Positions 62,201 through 64,000 of a DNA stretch of 64,000 nucleotides are shown piece by piece. The translations under genes and the position numbers were made by a program. The notes below the pieces were generated by a model. The model did no database searches, had not been told where the DNA came from, and saw only the letters and a list, made by a program, of their open reading frames with translations. The DNA comes from Thalia democratica (lineage: Eukaryota), in assembly GCA_965202585.1 (NCBI GenBank), contig OZ241829.1, positions 5,518,001-5,582,000 on the forward strand. The letters run 5' to 3'. Positions within the stretch are counted from its first letter, which is position 1. Each line of letters starts with the position of its first letter.

Positions 62201-63560
62201 TTCAAAACTACATTACATTATTTTTTTAAGAAGATTTTAACTCTTTGTATACTGGTAATACTAGTAAATTAAGTTTTAAAAACTGTTTTAAAACTGCACA
62301 TTTAGGTATTAAATTTAAAATTTAATAAGTTTTTTTGATTTAATAGATTACAGTAATACTAACAAATAAGGCTCCAAGTATATATATTGCTATTTCGTAA
62401 ACAGTTTTAAATGCTGATGCAACAACATATCCTAATAAAAAAGTAAAGAACTATTGAATTTGTTTATAAGTGTTTTTTATGTATAATAAATGGTCTGGTT
62501 ACATCAAAGCGAAAAAAGAGCAGTAGAAAATAAAATACAAAACTTAAATAAAAAATTTCAGCTAATGTAAGTGCATAATACCATAAAAATATTAACAGAG
62601 TTTTGATAATCTGACAAAATAATTTTAGTAAAGAATGAATCAATAAGATTACATGAAGAGAAAATATTGAGTTTTTGAAAGTTCTGGTAGCTTTAACAAG
62701 TAAGTTGCAATAAAGGATCTAAAAGAAAAGTTTTTAAAAACGAAGTAGTACTTTAAAACTGCAGTAAGTAATTTGATAGATTTATCTAATAAAAGAACTT
62801 GTAATTGTTATAGCTTTCAAAACAACTTATTTAAACAAGATTTAATTTGTATATCTGTAACTAACATAACAACAAAATAAGCAAAAGATTTAGCAAAAAA
62901 AAAACAGTTTAAACAACAATAGTTTAGTTCAAGCTTAAAAGTTAAGAAAAAAATTTTACAGAAATCTTTTGATAAAAACCATTACTAAAACACAAGTTAA
63001 AATAGCACTCTAGCATAAGAGACTACAAATTAATAAAGTTTTTTTTTTGAACTGGTATTTTTATATAGAAGCTACGTATATGGTTTCTTATTTCATCAGT
63101 TTATAAGCTCTATATAAATTTTTATTATCACTACCTTTGGGCTTAATGTTAAAAATTATAACACCGCTTATGGTAATGATTAAACATTTTTTTTTCTTTT
63201 CTTTTAGTTTTCATTCTATTATTTATTTTTAATTATTAAACAAATTTTTATGAACATATTTAAATGATTAAAATTACAGTGTAAGACTTAGAAAAACACT
63301 TATTGTAAACTATAAAATTCTATACTTTGCTGTAAAACAAAGGCTTATGCAGTCTTTGAAACTTGGTTTTAATTACAACGAATCAAATACAGCTTTTGTT
63401 CATCAATAAAAATTAGTAGCACACCTCAGTACATGAATATAAAAACGCTGTATAATTATAGATGGGGAAATAATGCTATAAGTACACAATGAAAATTATT
63501 GTTTAGTAACCTAATTTTACCATATGTACGAGGGTTGGAGCCATGAGAAAATGATATTGT
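59249..63560 (-). other. Candidate micro-exons of an unidentified minus-strand gene, possibly a membrane protein and possibly decaying
   Basis: AG/GT-bounded open segments 63521-63560, 62340-62431 (GYVVASAFKTVYEIAIYILGALF), 61091-61129 and 60890-60928 (GYQYNxIIHxSVG), plus a hydrophobic ORF at 59249-59458; no complete model could be built. Confidence 0.35.
59540..63460. repeat. Nested degenerate direct duplications
   Basis: 59540-59720 ~ 62560-62730; 61320-61960 ~ 62815-63460; 60825-60960 ~ 61025-61165. Confidence 0.75.
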
Positions 63561-64000
63561 CTATAACATTAGCAATTTAAAAAAAATAAAAATAAATTCC
63601 GTTAATAATTTTTAAGTAGAGTTTCTTGATAAAAATGTAAACAAAGTAATAATTTTTCATTTATTTAAATTACTGTACTTTTGAATTTATTTATAAATAT
63701 TTATTATAAATGCACTAAAATTAGTTTTTAAGTAAAAAATATGTATACATCAACGTTAGTTAATGAAAATTATCAACTCAAACTTTCGTTTTTTTAAACG
63801 AAGAAAAAAGGATTATATTTTGTTCTAGCATGGCTGGAATGCTACAAAACTCAATATACCATGTATATTTAAAAAATTCTTTGAAAAGAAGTATTATTTA
63901 TAACGAATTTTGGTTACAATTTAGTGCTATAGTTCAAATTTCTGTTTTAATTTAGTATTAATATTGGCAGAAAGAACATTATGACACAGCAAACAATTAC

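Overview
Very AT-rich, intron-containing animal DNA; composition and repeat content suggest a Hydra-like cnidarian (inference). No rRNA, tRNA or CRISPR array is evident. 0-19 kb is non-coding: non-autonomous DNA transposons (a MULE-like family with 9-bp TSDs, a hAT MITE with an 8-bp TSD), an old ~2-kb tandem duplication, short tandem arrays and a small insertion carrying a perfect 34-bp hairpin. 19-25 kb appears to hold two small unidentified multi-exon genes on opposite strands with interleaved exons. 26.6-36.2 kb is an intact 12-exon ERG/FLI1-type ETS transcription factor gene (PNT + ETS domains, 617 aa by my exon model). The dominant structure is a ~28-kb inverted duplication: left arm 30643-45744, right arm 46141-58998, with a 396-bp spacer inside a kelch-repeat gene. 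The arms carry the 3' half of the ETS gene, an intronless orphan ORF (~290 aa, open in both arms) and the kelch fragment. The right-arm ETS copy shows mostly silent or conservative divergence, yet is 5'-truncated and has a stop at the conserved ETS-domain Trp. Arm identity is patchy. 59-64 kb contains degenerate local duplications with repeated minus-strand micro-exon candidates. All alignments and counts were made by eye and need computational confirmation.
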